Source: a virus (taxonomy: Duplodnaviria > Caudoviricetes). From it: a stretch of 64,000 bases of DNA. The first letter of the stretch is position 1, and each line of letters begins with the position of its first letter. Below the pieces are notes generated by a model, which was not told where the DNA came from, did not search any database, and saw nothing but the letters and a program-made list of their open reading frames with translations. Shown in pieces: positions 1-9,879 of this stretch. The position numbers and the translations under genes are program-made. Location of the stretch: positions 21,742-85,741 of the IMG/VR virus record IMGVR_UViG_3300028025_003146. One strand, given 5' to 3'.

Positions 1-3000
1 CCTTAACAGATCTCCAGCAGCAAATGGTCCGCCTCCCCATTTCTGTCTAATAATATCAGTTGCAGAGTTTACCTTATATGTTTTCCCGTTGTATTTAAAG
101 AATTGTCCTGGCTGTAAATTATACTCTCTAACAATTTGCTCTTTAGCCCATTGCTCAAGACCGCCCTTATTGGTATTTCCTCCAAGTGACACGCCAGTCT
201 TAGTTGTTGTTTTTGTAACTTCAAATGCAGTATCTTTAGTCTTAGAGCCAGCTGGTCCTATTCCCATATATGCATTATAAAGATCTGCAAGAGTTTTTCC
301 TCCTGTGATGGCCTTAGCATTTGCAAGTGCAGCTGCTGAATCTTGTTTTAATGCTGCATCTGCTGCACCAGCTTTGTAGGTAGCCGATCCCTTTGGATGA
401 GTCGCAGTCATAACTCTACCTGCAAGAGACTCTCCCTTTTCATTAATTAATGTTCCAGTAAATATTTTCTTTAGCTCTGCTGCTAAAACCTTATCAGATC
501 CTTTTGAGTCTGCAGCAATTTGTTTTGCAAGATCTCCTAAAGGTCCTCTTACTAGCTCTTGTTGATCCTTTAATGCTTGTTTGTTTGACGGATCCTTTTC
601 TAGAATTACATCTATTCTAGCTTGTTCTTTTACTAGTCTCTGGTATTCGTTTTGATACTGATCAACCTTATTCATTCTTTCGCCTGCTGAAGTAGCATTG
701 TTTTGAGCATTAGTTAAATTTTTTGCAGTCTTATCTGACTGAGCTTGCAGTTTTTCTCTTTGAGCAATTAATTCTTTTTCACGCTTAGCTCTATTTTCTT
801 CAATTGCATCAATAGCCTTTTGGTTTTCTCTTTCCCCAACAAGCTGCTTAATCTTTAGTTGTGCCTGTGCTGCTCCAGCCATATCTCCTGCAGCCATTTT
901 GTCTGCGTATTCCAATTGAGCTTTTTGAATTTCAAGAGATAGGTTTTCTTTATCCTGAGCAGCCTCAAGTGCTTTCTTTCGGGCATCAGCCTCTTCATTA
1001 ATCTTATCAATTTTTTTGTCAATAAGTTTAATTTCTTCTTTAATCTGATCTTGAGTTTTTTGTGCATTAGCCGCCGCTTTGGCTCCACCAGATGCAATTA
1101 ATTTTTGCAAAGCAACAATAGACTTTTGTGATTTAGCTGCAATTCCGCTTCCTGAAGACTTTGCTTCCGAAGCGGCTAAGGCAGAATCTAATGCTGCCTC
1201 AAATGCTACTAGTGCTTGGGCTTGCTCGGATGTTATATTCTTTAAATCAGTTCTGACTCCAGAAAGAAGTAGTCGCCATTTAGAATACATTCCTGCAACA
1301 TTGTCTGACTGATTAAGTATTTCAGCAAGTGCTGGGTGTGTTTCTTTAAGAGAATTAATCTGCGCCTGAGTTAGTGTTAGCTTAGATCCTTCTTTTTCAT
1401 TAATGCTAGCTAGGATTTCTGACATAGCTTCTTGCTGTGTCATCAATTCTCCGTTTTCTTTTTTAGTTTTCATTAATGTTTGTAAATTATCATCAAGAGC
1501 ATCTGTAGTATTTGAAATAACTACACCTAAATCTTTTCCATATAGTACGTCTGTATCGTATCCTGCAGAAGCTGGGTCATACATATTTTTATTTAAAGTT
1601 TTAACCATAGCAATTGCCGCTGATGCAGAATCTGTAATTTCTCTAAAGCCCTTGCTTGATATTGCGTTAAATGCCATATCGGCTTTATCTGATGCAGATA
1701 TAATTGCATAGATTTTATTTGTTGCCTCTTGGGCAGAAATACCTGCTGCTATAAATTGTGCCTTTAAGTTAGTAGCAATTTCAGTAACTTTTGCCTGCTT
1801 GTTAGCATCTCCAGATACGTCTATGTCTGTAAAGGTTCCAACTAGTTCTTTTTGGTTTTCTTTTGCATTCTTTATTCCTGCTCTTAACTCTTTAATGCTT
1901 AGAGTTAGACCTTGAACTCCCGCTGAGTTAAGGGCTTCATATGCATTTCTTCCCTTTGCTCTAGTTAGCTCAAGTTGATCATTAACCGCTTTAATAGAAT
2001 TAGAAAGATTGTTGTATTTGATTCCCGCTTCAGCTGCAGACTTTTCAGTAATTCCAACTGAGTTAGTTTTTTCAACTCTATCCTGCTCTCGTTCTTTTTG
2101 GAACTTCTTAAATATTGCATATCCCGCAGTAAGTGCTGTAAGAAGTAAGCCAATAGGTCCTAGTGCAAATCTCATTGCCATTCCAATTGCTTTACCAGCA
2201 ATTCCTGCTGCGCCGCCAACACCTTTAAATCCTCCAGCAAGCTTACCTAAAGATCCTAGCATATTAGGAGCAAGCATTGGAAGTACTGATGCAAACTGCA
2301 TAAGTTGTCCTGCTTGTCCGCCAATTGCTTGTCCCGCCATACCCATTCCCATGCCAATACCCATACCAGCCATTGGTCCAGAGCTCATCATTCCAGCTCC
2401 GATATTACCCTTTGCTCTTTCTTGCCTATAAGCAGATCCGAATGTTATTGGCTGAACTGGCTTTTTAGTTCCTTTGTTAAAGTACTGAATTCCCTTTACC
2501 TGTCCGCCTCTATTAAAGTATTGAACTCCTGGAACCATTCCGCCCTTGTTCATTCCAAACATTTGTTTTCTTACTTTAGTAGTTGCAGGTGTCCATGACT
2601 TTGAATCCCAGTTTGCAAACTTGGTTCTCAATATCTCTCTATCTATTTTACTTAAACTTTTTCCTCCTGTGCTAAGGACATCCCCAGCGGCAGATTTAAG
2701 AAGTGTATCTACAATATCTGGCTCTAAGGCTTTTTGAAGACTTCCCTGAGCATCCTTTACGTATCCGTATGGTCTTTCTTTTTCAAGATTTTCAATCATC
2801 TTGCCATACATTAAGTTTTGTGCTTTAGGTGTTAGGCCAGAGCTTCCAAATAATCTTTTACCCATACCAATAGATAAGGAAGTGGCACCCCACTTATCTC
2901 CTATTTTTCCAAACTTAGCTCCTACATTTTTAAAAGCTGTTCCCTTTAATACATTTCCGATAACTCCACCAGCATTATATCCTGGTATCATTCCTCCAGA

Positions 3001-6000
3001 ATTTCTTTTAAGTATTTTGAGAGCATGACTAATACCACTTGATGTGGTTAGTAATGTTCCTAGATTTGTTCCTCTTGCCCATAATGGCATTGAAGATCCA
3101 ATTGTTCTATTTTGAGAAACCCAAGATAGTCTTCCGCCTCGTCTAGTAACAATTTGCCCTCTTTCTTTGCTTCCAGTTTTTGTACCAGGAATAAGACCAC
3201 GGGATATTGCTTCATCTCTAGTAATATTTGGAGATGATCTTTCAGTAAATATTTGAGATGCTGCAGAAAATAAATTTCTTCTTCCGCCAGCTCTTGCCCC
3301 GTCAATTTTAATTCCACGAAGTGCTGGCCTGTAGATTTCTTTTGCAAGCCTTTCAAATCCGAATGGGTCTGACCTGCCACCAATCATTCTATTTGAATTT
3401 TCTGGACTTTCTAAAGAAGCAATTAGTTTTTCTAAAGCTGCTTTAGTTCTTCTTGATGACTGACTTCTATCTCCACCCAAAGTAACAGTTGCTTCATTCA
3501 TCAAGTCATTTGGATCATATCCAGCTTGTAAAGTTTCTTTGATTCCAGAAGAAATTTGACTTCCCGTTAAACCATTACCATTAGAATTAACTCCTAGATT
3601 TAGCCATGCGGGTAATAGTAAAGCTAGACCACTTAAATCATCTGTTATATGAGTTCTTTGAAGTCTTAAAGCTTTTCCACCTTTATTAAAATTAGGGCCA
3701 CCGACTCCCTTTCCACCATTTATTGCTTGAAGCAATGGCAGATTTGCTGCTGTTGCTTCTTTGTTTACAACAAATTCTCCTGGAGTAAGCATTGCAGGAA
3801 CTGTATCCGTATTACCTGTTCCTGGTACAATATTTCCTGCATTTAATCTTTTTGGAATAGTTGTTTCTGTGCTGTATCCAGCGCCAAATGTTTTTACACC
3901 TAGACCTTGTGCAATTTTATTAAGAAGGCTTCTAGTTCTTCCTGGGCGAAGAAGCTCTTTCATATTAGACTTTCCAGCCGCATTTACAACTGGCTGATTC
4001 AGCAGAGGAACTGTTGTTAGCCCAATTGTTCTTCCTTGTTGGCCCGCAATATCTACAGAAGCCTGTGCAATCATAGATTCTACCTGAGCATTTAATTGAA
4101 TAATCTTAGCTCTTGCTTGATCTACTGTTAGCTTGCCAGCCTGTAGCTGTGCAACAATTGCTGCTGATTGTTTTGCAGCATTTGCAGTAAGCTCTGTCAT
4201 TGTAGGAAGTAATGCCTGATATGAATCAGATAAAGATGATGTTATTAAGCCTGTAGACGCAACTTCTTTTTTAAGCAAAGCAATTTCTTCTTGTGATTGC
4301 ATTGCAAGTGCACCTGTCATTGCATGCCACTTGGCTGCTTCTGCTGCAACAATACCTGTTGATGCTCCGCCTATTGATGTTAAGCCTGGAATCTTTGGAA
4401 GATCGCCATCCATATACATCTGAGGATTATTTCCAATCTTTTGATTTACTTTTGGTGCCCCAGGTACTACTCCGAAAATTGTTTGTGTTGATTTTTGATC
4501 TATCGTCATTCCAGCAACTGGATTAAGATGAGACATTGATCTTGTATCTTCTGGGCTAATTAGTGGGTGATTTGGATCAACAACTCTTGCCCCGCTGCCC
4601 TTAACAACGTTACCCGCCAAGGTTGAAATTGTTGGTGCTGCAGATACTGCACCCGTCATAGCTTTAGATTGAAGTAATTCAAATTCTGTTACGAGGCCTG
4701 CAATTGCAGTTTTTAATACTGTGGCTGCTTGAGCATCACTATAGAATGTAGCCTCAACAAGTGATCCTGCTTTTTGTGCTGCCAAAATCTCTGGCGTAAG
4801 CATCTTCCATCCTTCTCCACCTTTAAACAAGGCCCTGAAGTGTGACGCTCCTTTAATTATATATCCAAAGAAGTTAGCAAGTACACCTGTTAACATAATT
4901 ACTGGTCCGATGATTGCAGTAAATCCTGTAACAAATGTTAACAAAGATTTAATTGGGTCTGGCAATTTATTTATAAATTTAATAATTCCATCTACAACAT
5001 TAATAAAGAATGTTTGAATCTTTAGGAACTCGTCACCAACTCCTGCAAGATCTGCTTTTAAGCCTTCTACCGCTCTCTTGTACTTTCCAGAAGCAGACTC
5101 TGTTACCATTGATAACTCTCGACCTGCTACCTGTGACAATTCTTGAGAACTTGCTTTCATTAAATCCATTACCTGAAGAGTCTGACTTCCTTGCTTGCCT
5201 AGGTTTGCAAACAAAGCATTAAGTCTAGAGAACTGGAACTTACCAAACAACTGTTCAATTGCTTGTTGCTTTTGTAGTGGATCTAGATTATCTAGTGCTG
5301 CTTGAAGAGCAAAAAGTGTTCCTGTTAAATCTCCAGCATTCTTTGCTACAATTCCACCTAGGTCAATTCCCATTTCAGAAAACTTTTCTTTTGCTACCTT
5401 TGTAGGATTAATTAAAGATGCTAGTGCTGATTTGAGAGCGTTAGCTCCTTCTGAAGCATTAATTCCGCCTTCCTTCATTGCAGTTAAATACAATGCTAAG
5501 TCCTGTACGCTTCCGCCCAAACCTTGGATAACTGGACCAGCTTTTGGAATTGCTTCTACTAAGTCATTAAGAGTTGTTGATGTTTGGTTTTCAACTGAGT
5601 TGAGAAAGTTAATAGAATCAGAAAGTTGATCTGTATTTTGCTTGAATGTAGTTTGAATTGCCAGGGTGGCCTTCATTGCTTCTTGTCTATCTACTTCTCC
5701 AAGCACAGCAAGTCTACTTGTTTCTTTAACAGAATTAAGAAGCTCATCGCCCTGCTTACCAGTTGCTGCAATATCTGCAGCAAGAGTAATTGTATCTTTA
5801 AATGAAACTCCGTATGCCTTTGAAATCTCTTTAGCTGTTTGGGTAACTTCTCTTCTTACTTTTTCAAGATCTGCTGCGGATGTTGCTGCTACTCCGCCGT
5901 ATACTTTTGTAAGTCTGACTAACTCTGCATCTGCCATTCTAAATGCATCTGCTGCAGCTTTACCAAATGCCGCAAGAGGTACTGTAAGTCCTACTGTTAA

Positions 6001-6555
6001 CTGACGACCTGCCCACTGAGTATTTTTACCCCAGTTAATAAGTTGAACTCCACCATCTTGAACAACCTTGTTCATAATCTGTAGTTCTTGTCTTGCTAAA
6101 GCGGTTTTGTTTTTTACAGCATCAAGACCCTGTGGAATATGTACGCTGTATTGCATAAGCCCCTGAGCATTTTTACCCATTGGCTGAATGATTGCATTTT
6201 GTAATGCTACTTGCTGCTTAGCAAGATCTCTGATTAAACCGCCTTGCGTCCTTGTGTGCTCACTAAATGTCTGAAAATACTGCTTCAGTTTCATTTGGCC
6301 CCTGTCTAGGTTGGTGCCAAACTTTTCAACATCCGATGTTAAGGTAACAAAGTGTGTTGCAAACTGACCAGTTCTTCTTAGGTTTTCACCAAAGGATCTG
6401 TTCATCGTCGCTACTTGGCTTGCAAGTCTTGCGTCCGATTGAATTATTTGTGCTTGAAGTTTTGAAAGAGAGGCTGCAACCTTATTGACATCTGCAATAA
6501 GACCTGAGAAATCTGCATTAGCAACTATATTAGTTACAATATTTTCATCAGCCAT
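1..6555 (-). CDS. Tape measure protein (3'-truncated by window edge, >=2185 aa)
   Basis: ATG at 6555 (MADENIVTNIVANADFSGL...). Sampled translations stay in one frame down to base 1. Ala/Gln/Lys-rich helical sequence with WGKNTQWAGRQLTVG and VPAMLTPGEFVV segments; lies directly after the tail chaperones. Absent from the ORF track because no stop falls in the window. Confidence 0.9.
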   Translation of the reverse strand, partial: MADENIVTNIVANADFSGLIADVNKVAASLSKLQAQIIQSDARLASQVATMNRSFGENLRRTGQFATHFVTLTSDVEKFGTNLDRGQMKLKQYFQTFSEHTRTQGGLIRDLAKQQVALQNAIIQPMGKNAQGLMQYSVHIPQGLDAVKNKTALARQELQIMNKVVQDGGVQLINWGKNTQWAGRQLTVGLTVPLAAFGKAAADAFRMADAELVRLTKVYGGVAATSAADLEKVRREVTQTAKEISKAYGVSFKDTITLAADIAATGKQGDELLNSVKETSRLAVLGEVDRQEAMKATLAIQTTFKQNTDQLSDSINFLNSVENQTSTTLNDLVEAIPKAGPVIQGLGGSVQDLALYLTAMKEGGINASEGANALKSALASLINPTKVAKEKFSEMGIDLGGIVAKNAGDLTGTLFALQAALDNLDPLQKQQAIEQLFGKFQFSRLNALFANLGKQGSQTLQVMDLMKASSQELSQVAGRELSMVTESASGKYKRAVEGLKADLAGVGDEFLKIQTFFINVVDGIIKFINKLPDPIKSLLTFVTGFTAIIGPVIMLTGVLANFFGYIIKGASHFRALFKGGEGWKMLTPEILAAQKAGSLVEATFYSDAQAATVLKTAIAGLVTEFELLQSKAMTGAVSAAPTISTLAGNVVKGSGARVVDPNHPLISPEDTRSMSHLNPVAGMTIDQKSTQTIFGVVPGAPKVNQKIGNNPQMYMDGDLPKIPGLTSIGGASTGIVAAEAAKWHAMTGALAMQSQEEIALLKKEVASTGLITSSLSDSYQALLPTMTELTANAAKQSAAIVAQLQAGKLTVDQARAKIIQLNAQVESMIAQASVDIAGQQGRTIGLTTVPLLNQPVVNAAGKSNMKELLRPGRTRSLLNKIAQGLGVKTFGAGYSTETTIPKRLNAGNIVPGTGNTDTVPAMLTPGEFVVNKEATAANLPLLQAINGGKGVGGPNFNKGGKALRLQRTHITDDLSGLALLLPAWLNLGVNSNGNGLTGSQISSGIKETLQAGYDPNDLMNEATVTLGGDRSQSSRRTKAALEKLIASLESPENSNRMIGGRSDPFGFERLAKEIYRPALRGIKIDGARAGGRRNLFSAASQIFTERSSPNITRDEAISRGLIPGTKTGSKERGQIVTRRGGRLSWVSQNRTIGSSMPLWARGTNLGTLLTTSSGISHALKILKRNSGGMIPGYNAGGVIGNVLKGTAFKNVGAKFGKIGDKWGATSLSIGMGKRLFGSSGLTPKAQNLMYGKMIENLEKERPYGYVKDAQGSLQKALEPDIVDTLLKSAAGDVLSTGGKSLSKIDREILRTKFANWDSKSWTPATTKVRKQMFGMNKGGMVPGVQYFNRGGQVKGIQYFNKGTKKPVQPITFGSAYRQERAKGNIGAGMMSSGPMAGMGIGMGMGMAGQAIGGQAGQLMQFASVLPMLAPNMLGSLGKLAGGFKGVGGAAGIAGKAIGMAMRFALGPIGLLLTALTAGYAIFKKFQKEREQDRVEKTNSVGITEKSAAEAGIKYNNLSNSIKAVNDQLELTRAKGRNAYEALNSAGVQGLTLSIKELRAGIKNAKENQKELVGTFTDIDVSGDANKQAKVTEIATNLKAQFIAAGISAQEATNKIYAIISASDKADMAFNAISSKGFREITDSASAAIAMVKTLNKNMYDPASAGYDTDVLYGKDLGVVISNTTDALDDNLQTLMKTKKENGELMTQQEAMSEILASINEKEGSKLTLTQAQINSLKETHPALAEILNQSDNVAGMYSKWRLLLSGVRTDLKNITSEQAQALVAFEAALDSALAASEAKSSGSGIAAKSQKSIVALQKLIASGGAKAAANAQKTQDQIKEEIKLIDKKIDKINEEADARKKALEAAQDKENLSLEIQKAQLEYADKMAAGDMAGAAQAQLKIKQLVGERENQKAIDAIEENRAKREKELIAQREKLQAQSDKTAKNLTNAQNNATSAGERMNKVDQYQNEYQRLVKEQARIDVILEKDPSNKQALKDQQELVRGPLGDLAKQIAADSKGSDKVLAAELKKIFTGTLINEKGESLAGRVMTATHPKGSATYKAGAADAALKQDSAAALANAKAITGGKTLADLYNAYMGIGPAGSKTKDTAFEVTKTTTKTGVSLGGNTNKGGLEQWAKEQIVREYNLQPGQFFKYNGKTYKVNSATDIIRQKWGGGPFAAGDLLR

Positions 6556-6566
6556 TTATCTTTACA

Positions 6567-6944
6567 TTACTCCTTTGTGTAGCCTAGACCTGCTCCAATT
6601 CCAAACCCTGCTTGTGCTGCTAAGCTTCCTTGTAGGGAAACTATATCATCACCTGAAGCTTCTATACCTAGGGCTTTTCTTTTAACATCGTCAAAAGTTT
6701 TTGCCTGTGGTTCGGAGTCTTCCTCATCTACATCTAAATCTATTCCCTTAAGACTTGCCGTAAACTTTCTGTCTTCCGACTTTTGTTTCTTAAAAGATTT
6801 CAATGTTTGAATAAGTTCTGGCATTGAAAGACTTTCTTCTAGTTCTTCGTAATTCTTCCAGTGTCCCAGAAGAAATACTTCACCCTCTAAAGCGGCTAAA
6901 TCTAGTTCTGACCAGCCAGAACCGCTGCCGCTAGAAGGTTTGGG
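6567..6944 (-). CDS. Tail assembly chaperone, -1 frameshift extension (gpGT-like)
   Basis: The frame of ORF 6567..6824 is open upstream (PSSGSGSGWSELDLAALEGEVFLLGHWKNYEELEESLSMPEL) to a C-CCA-AAC slippery heptamer at 6938..6944. Confidence 0.8.
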   Translation of the reverse strand, partial: PKPSSGSGSGWSELDLAALEGEVFLLGHWKNYEELEESLSMPELIQTLKSFKKQKSEDRKFTASLKGIDLDVDEEDSEPQAKTFDDVKRKALGIEASGDDIVSLQGSLAAQAGFGIGAGLGYTKE

Positions 6945-7234
6945 TCGTCCATCTTAATCCCACCGCATACCTCAAGTATACGATTGATTGTGGGGACGTC
7001 AAGTGCATCTTCTAGTGCATCTCTATCTGCTACCAAATCTGGTAGTTGTTTTTCAAGTGCTACTGCAACCGCATCAATTAACACATTAAGTGTTTGATCT
7101 TCTGTAGTTGAATCGCTTGCTGCCTGTAATACGAGCATAAATTTTCTTAGCTCTTTAATGCTTAATGGCTTCAACTTAACTGTTGAGCCATTCTGAAGCG
7201 TTAGTTCTTCTACGCTATATACTGTTGTTGCCAA
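6902..7234 (-). CDS. Tail assembly chaperone (gpG-like)
   Basis: 110 aa between major tail and tape measure; VKLKPLSIKELR motif; AGGAGG Shine-Dalgarno. Confidence 0.85.
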   Translation of the reverse strand: MATTVYSVEELTLQNGSTVKLKPLSIKELRKFMLVLQAASDSTTEDQTLNVLIDAVAVALEKQLPDLVADRDALEDALDVPTINRILEVCGGIKMDDPNLLAAAVLAGQN

Positions 7235-7296
7235 TTTAATCCTCCTAGGATCTAGTCTTAATTATTATAACATATACAGATTATCAGCACAAATGA

Positions 7297-7321
7297 AAAA
7301 GCCCCCAAAAAGGGGGCTTTT
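7297..7321 (-). terminator. Intrinsic terminator after major tail gene
   Basis: AAAAGCCCCC-aaaaa-GGGGGCTTTT hairpin with U-tracts on both strands. Confidence 0.85.
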
Positions 7322-7334
7322 CCTATTTAATTAT

Positions 7335-8057
7335 TTAAGCTAGAACTCGGTCAATAATCTTACCGTATTCTGAGCCGCTATAGTTAGCGTCTGGAAGAAG
7401 ACGGAATGTTACTGGGAAAGTTGTTGCTGCGTTACGTGCAAGTGAGAATTGTGACTGTTGTACTGACAAAACACGACGTGCATAATATACACGCTCTGTT
7501 GTTGCGTCTGCTTCTCCTGTTGCTGTAGTTGCTACTGTTGGTGCTTGACCAATTGCAAATAGTTGACGTTCTGTTGGGGCAATACCAAGTGATCCTGCCT
7601 CAAGTCCCAATGTAAGGGTCTTGTCGTCTGCTCCAGTTGCACCCTTTGTTGGGTAATCATCTGTTGCAGCACCTGCTGCTCCTTGCTTGGTTAGTGTTGC
7701 TCCTCCTTGACCGAATACTACTAGAACGTTTTCTAGTGTACCTTCGGACATTTCAGTTGCAATCATAACCTCCATAGCAGACTTGAAAAGCTTTGCTGTA
7801 TCTAGAAGCTGATCTACTGTTACTGAATCGTAAGTTGGATTGTAAGTGATCTGAAGACCATTGTTTGTAAATCCTACGTTACGAACATCTGCAGATGCGT
7901 CTAGGGCTGCTGCTGCTCTTGTTCTTGCTGCAAAAGTAATTCCACCAGTTGCTCTGTCTAAAAGGTTTTCCTTATATCCAGTTACTGTTGAATCGCTTGT
8001 TGAAATGTAGAGCGGTGAAGCTCCTACAAGAATATTTTTGGCTGAGTTAAATGCCAT
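7335..8057 (-). CDS. Major tail (tube) protein
   Basis: 240 aa; NILVGA...VGFTNNGLQITYNPT...VDQLLD pattern typical of siphovirus tube proteins; position and downstream terminator. Confidence 0.85.
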   Translation of the reverse strand: MAFNSAKNILVGASPLYISTSDSTVTGYKENLLDRATGGITFAARTRAAAALDASADVRNVGFTNNGLQITYNPTYDSVTVDQLLDTAKLFKSAMEVMIATEMSEGTLENVLVVFGQGGATLTKQGAAGAATDDYPTKGATGADDKTLTLGLEAGSLGIAPTERQLFAIGQAPTVATTATGEADATTERVYYARRVLSVQQSQFSLARNAATTFPVTFRLLPDANYSGSEYGKIIDRVLA

Positions 8058-8172
8058 TATTTCGTACCTCCTGTTTTCAAAATATATATATATAATTGTA
8101 AATCATTAAATCTTGGCTGGCTAGGCCTTTCCTCTATGTACAATAATAGAGTATAATTCGCCCAAAGGCAAA

Positions 8173-8682
8173 TTACAGGAATCGGCCAGCTGTGTCTATA
8201 TGCCTTGCGTATTTGACCTCAAGGATCACATCTGCGGACAGGAACCCTGCCAACTCCTCTGATGGGGCAGTTGGAGAAATGTCGGCCACGAATATGCTAA
8301 AGAATTTAAACTTTTTAGATATGCCAGAGTAGGCATTTGCATCCCTAGCAGACTCATCCATTCTTCTAAATAGGTCGGTCATCAAGTTTCTGATCTCATT
8401 GATTTCTGAAACATCTGTTGAGTATATAGTAAATAGAATTTGCTCACAGCATATAGCCCAGTTTTCTTCATAGGATAAACCTATCTTGTCATAGACTATG
8501 TGCTTCTTTCCGCTCAAGAATTGATTTAATTCTGGAGATTGCTGTACAGGAATAATTGGGATAATCTCTTCCCCTATATTATCTGAATAGTAATCAGTTT
8601 GTTCAAAAATGTTATTTGATTTCAACTGGCTCCATAGGAACTTTCTTAAATCAATCATTACGTCTGCTTTATAATCTGTCAT
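8173..8682 (-). CDS. Tail completion/terminator protein (putative)
   Basis: 169 aa directly upstream of major tail; synteny. Confidence 0.6.
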   Translation of the reverse strand: MTDYKADVMIDLRKFLWSQLKSNNIFEQTDYYSDNIGEEIIPIIPVQQSPELNQFLSGKKHIVYDKIGLSYEENWAICCEQILFTIYSTDVSEINEIRNLMTDLFRRMDESARDANAYSGISKKFKFFSIFVADISPTAPSEELAGFLSADVILEVKYARHIDTAGRFL

Positions 8683-9461
8683 GATGCCCCTCCAAATGCT
8701 AATTCTAATGCTGAGTCCGCCTGCATTTTTAATGTATTAGGACTAAATGAATATTTAACCTTTCTTACATCGCCTGGAACCCTCATTGCTTTAGTTAATG
8801 ATGAGTTAAATATTTGCTGAAATCCAGATTTTTTAATTGATGAATTTACTAAATTGCCTGTGAAGAATTGTGCATAGGCTATTCGGAATCTTCCCGTTGC
8901 CTTGCCTCCTCCTGGCCTTGTAACGGTCACAGAGGCGCCTTTAGGCATGTACACTACGCCAGTACTAGTTTCAAATACTAAGCGCTCTGCGAACCTAGGG
9001 CGGATTACTAGAGGCATTCCAGCTTCCATCACAGAAGCTTTGCTAATAAATACGTGTTTTCTACTTCCAAATTCATTAGGCACTGCTGATTTAGATGGCA
9101 AGAAGCTAGAAGAAATTTTAAATGAAAGGCCATCTGTTGATAAGACACTTAACTTAAATAGCCTAGATCCCTTATTTCCAACCTTGTTCCATTCATATAC
9201 ATGGTGTAATGATTTAGGATTTATTCTTGACTGAGAGTCTACATATAGTCCAAAATCTTGATCTATTTGTTTAAATATAACAGACTGGAATTTCTTTTCA
9301 AATGCCTTGCTTGTTGTTAGTTTAGACACAACTTGAGCATGATAATATACTGCAGCAGATATTTGTGCCACTGTGCTGTCTTTTAAAATAGTCCCGCTAG
9401 TGCCAGACATACCCTTTTGTAGACCGCTGGCTGCCGTAACTAATAGTGTACTATTGTCCAA
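8679..9461 (-). CDS. Neck / head-tail joining protein (putative)
   Basis: 260 aa basic protein overlapping both neighbours in the head-tail block; synteny. Confidence 0.5.
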   Translation of the reverse strand: MDNSTLLVTAASGLQKGMSGTSGTILKDSTVAQISAAVYYHAQVVSKLTTSKAFEKKFQSVIFKQIDQDFGLYVDSQSRINPKSLHHVYEWNKVGNKGSRLFKLSVLSTDGLSFKISSSFLPSKSAVPNEFGSRKHVFISKASVMEAGMPLVIRPRFAERLVFETSTGVVYMPKGASVTVTRPGGGKATGRFRIAYAQFFTGNLVNSSIKKSGFQQIFNSSLTKAMRVPGDVRKVKYSFSPNTLKMQADSALELAFGGAS

Positions 9462-9879
9462 TTGTCTGGTTTTCCGATCTCTTGACAGTAGAGTTATATC
9501 CCACTATTCCGCCAAACGGATCTGTCATTGGAGTTATTCCTACTACCTCAAAAACCGTAGGGGTGTTAGTTGGAAAATTTAATTCTTCCCATATAACATT
9601 ATTCTCATAGTCTCTAATGTTTGTAATCTTTTCTCTTAATGTTACTTGTTCTGATGTTCTAATTTGCAGCATCTCTTCATTTCTATATTTATTAGAAAAT
9701 ACTTGTCCGTCTTTAGTAATAGTTGAAGCGGAATTGCTTATATTGCCTTTTGCGCTACACGATACGGTTCTGTCATACTGCCATTCTTTTTTTATTGAGC
9801 CTGTGTCTGGATCCTGCGAATCAACTGGCTTATAGACATCCATAAACATAGTAAGTATAGATTCAACAAGATCATACAT
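9451..9879 (-). CDS. Head closure (stopper) protein (putative)
   Basis: 142 aa beta-rich protein; QDPDTGSIKKEW motif; synteny. Confidence 0.6.
   Translation of the reverse strand: MYDLVESILTMFMDVYKPVDSQDPDTGSIKKEWQYDRTVSCSAKGNISNSASTITKDGQVFSNKYRNEEMLQIRTSEQVTLREKITNIRDYENNVIWEELNFPTNTPTVFEVVGITPMTDPFGGIVGYNSTVKRSENQTIGQ

Noticed and set aside
89-6004. Short ORFs listed on both strands in 1-6 kb
   Set aside because: Shadows of the tape measure reading frame.
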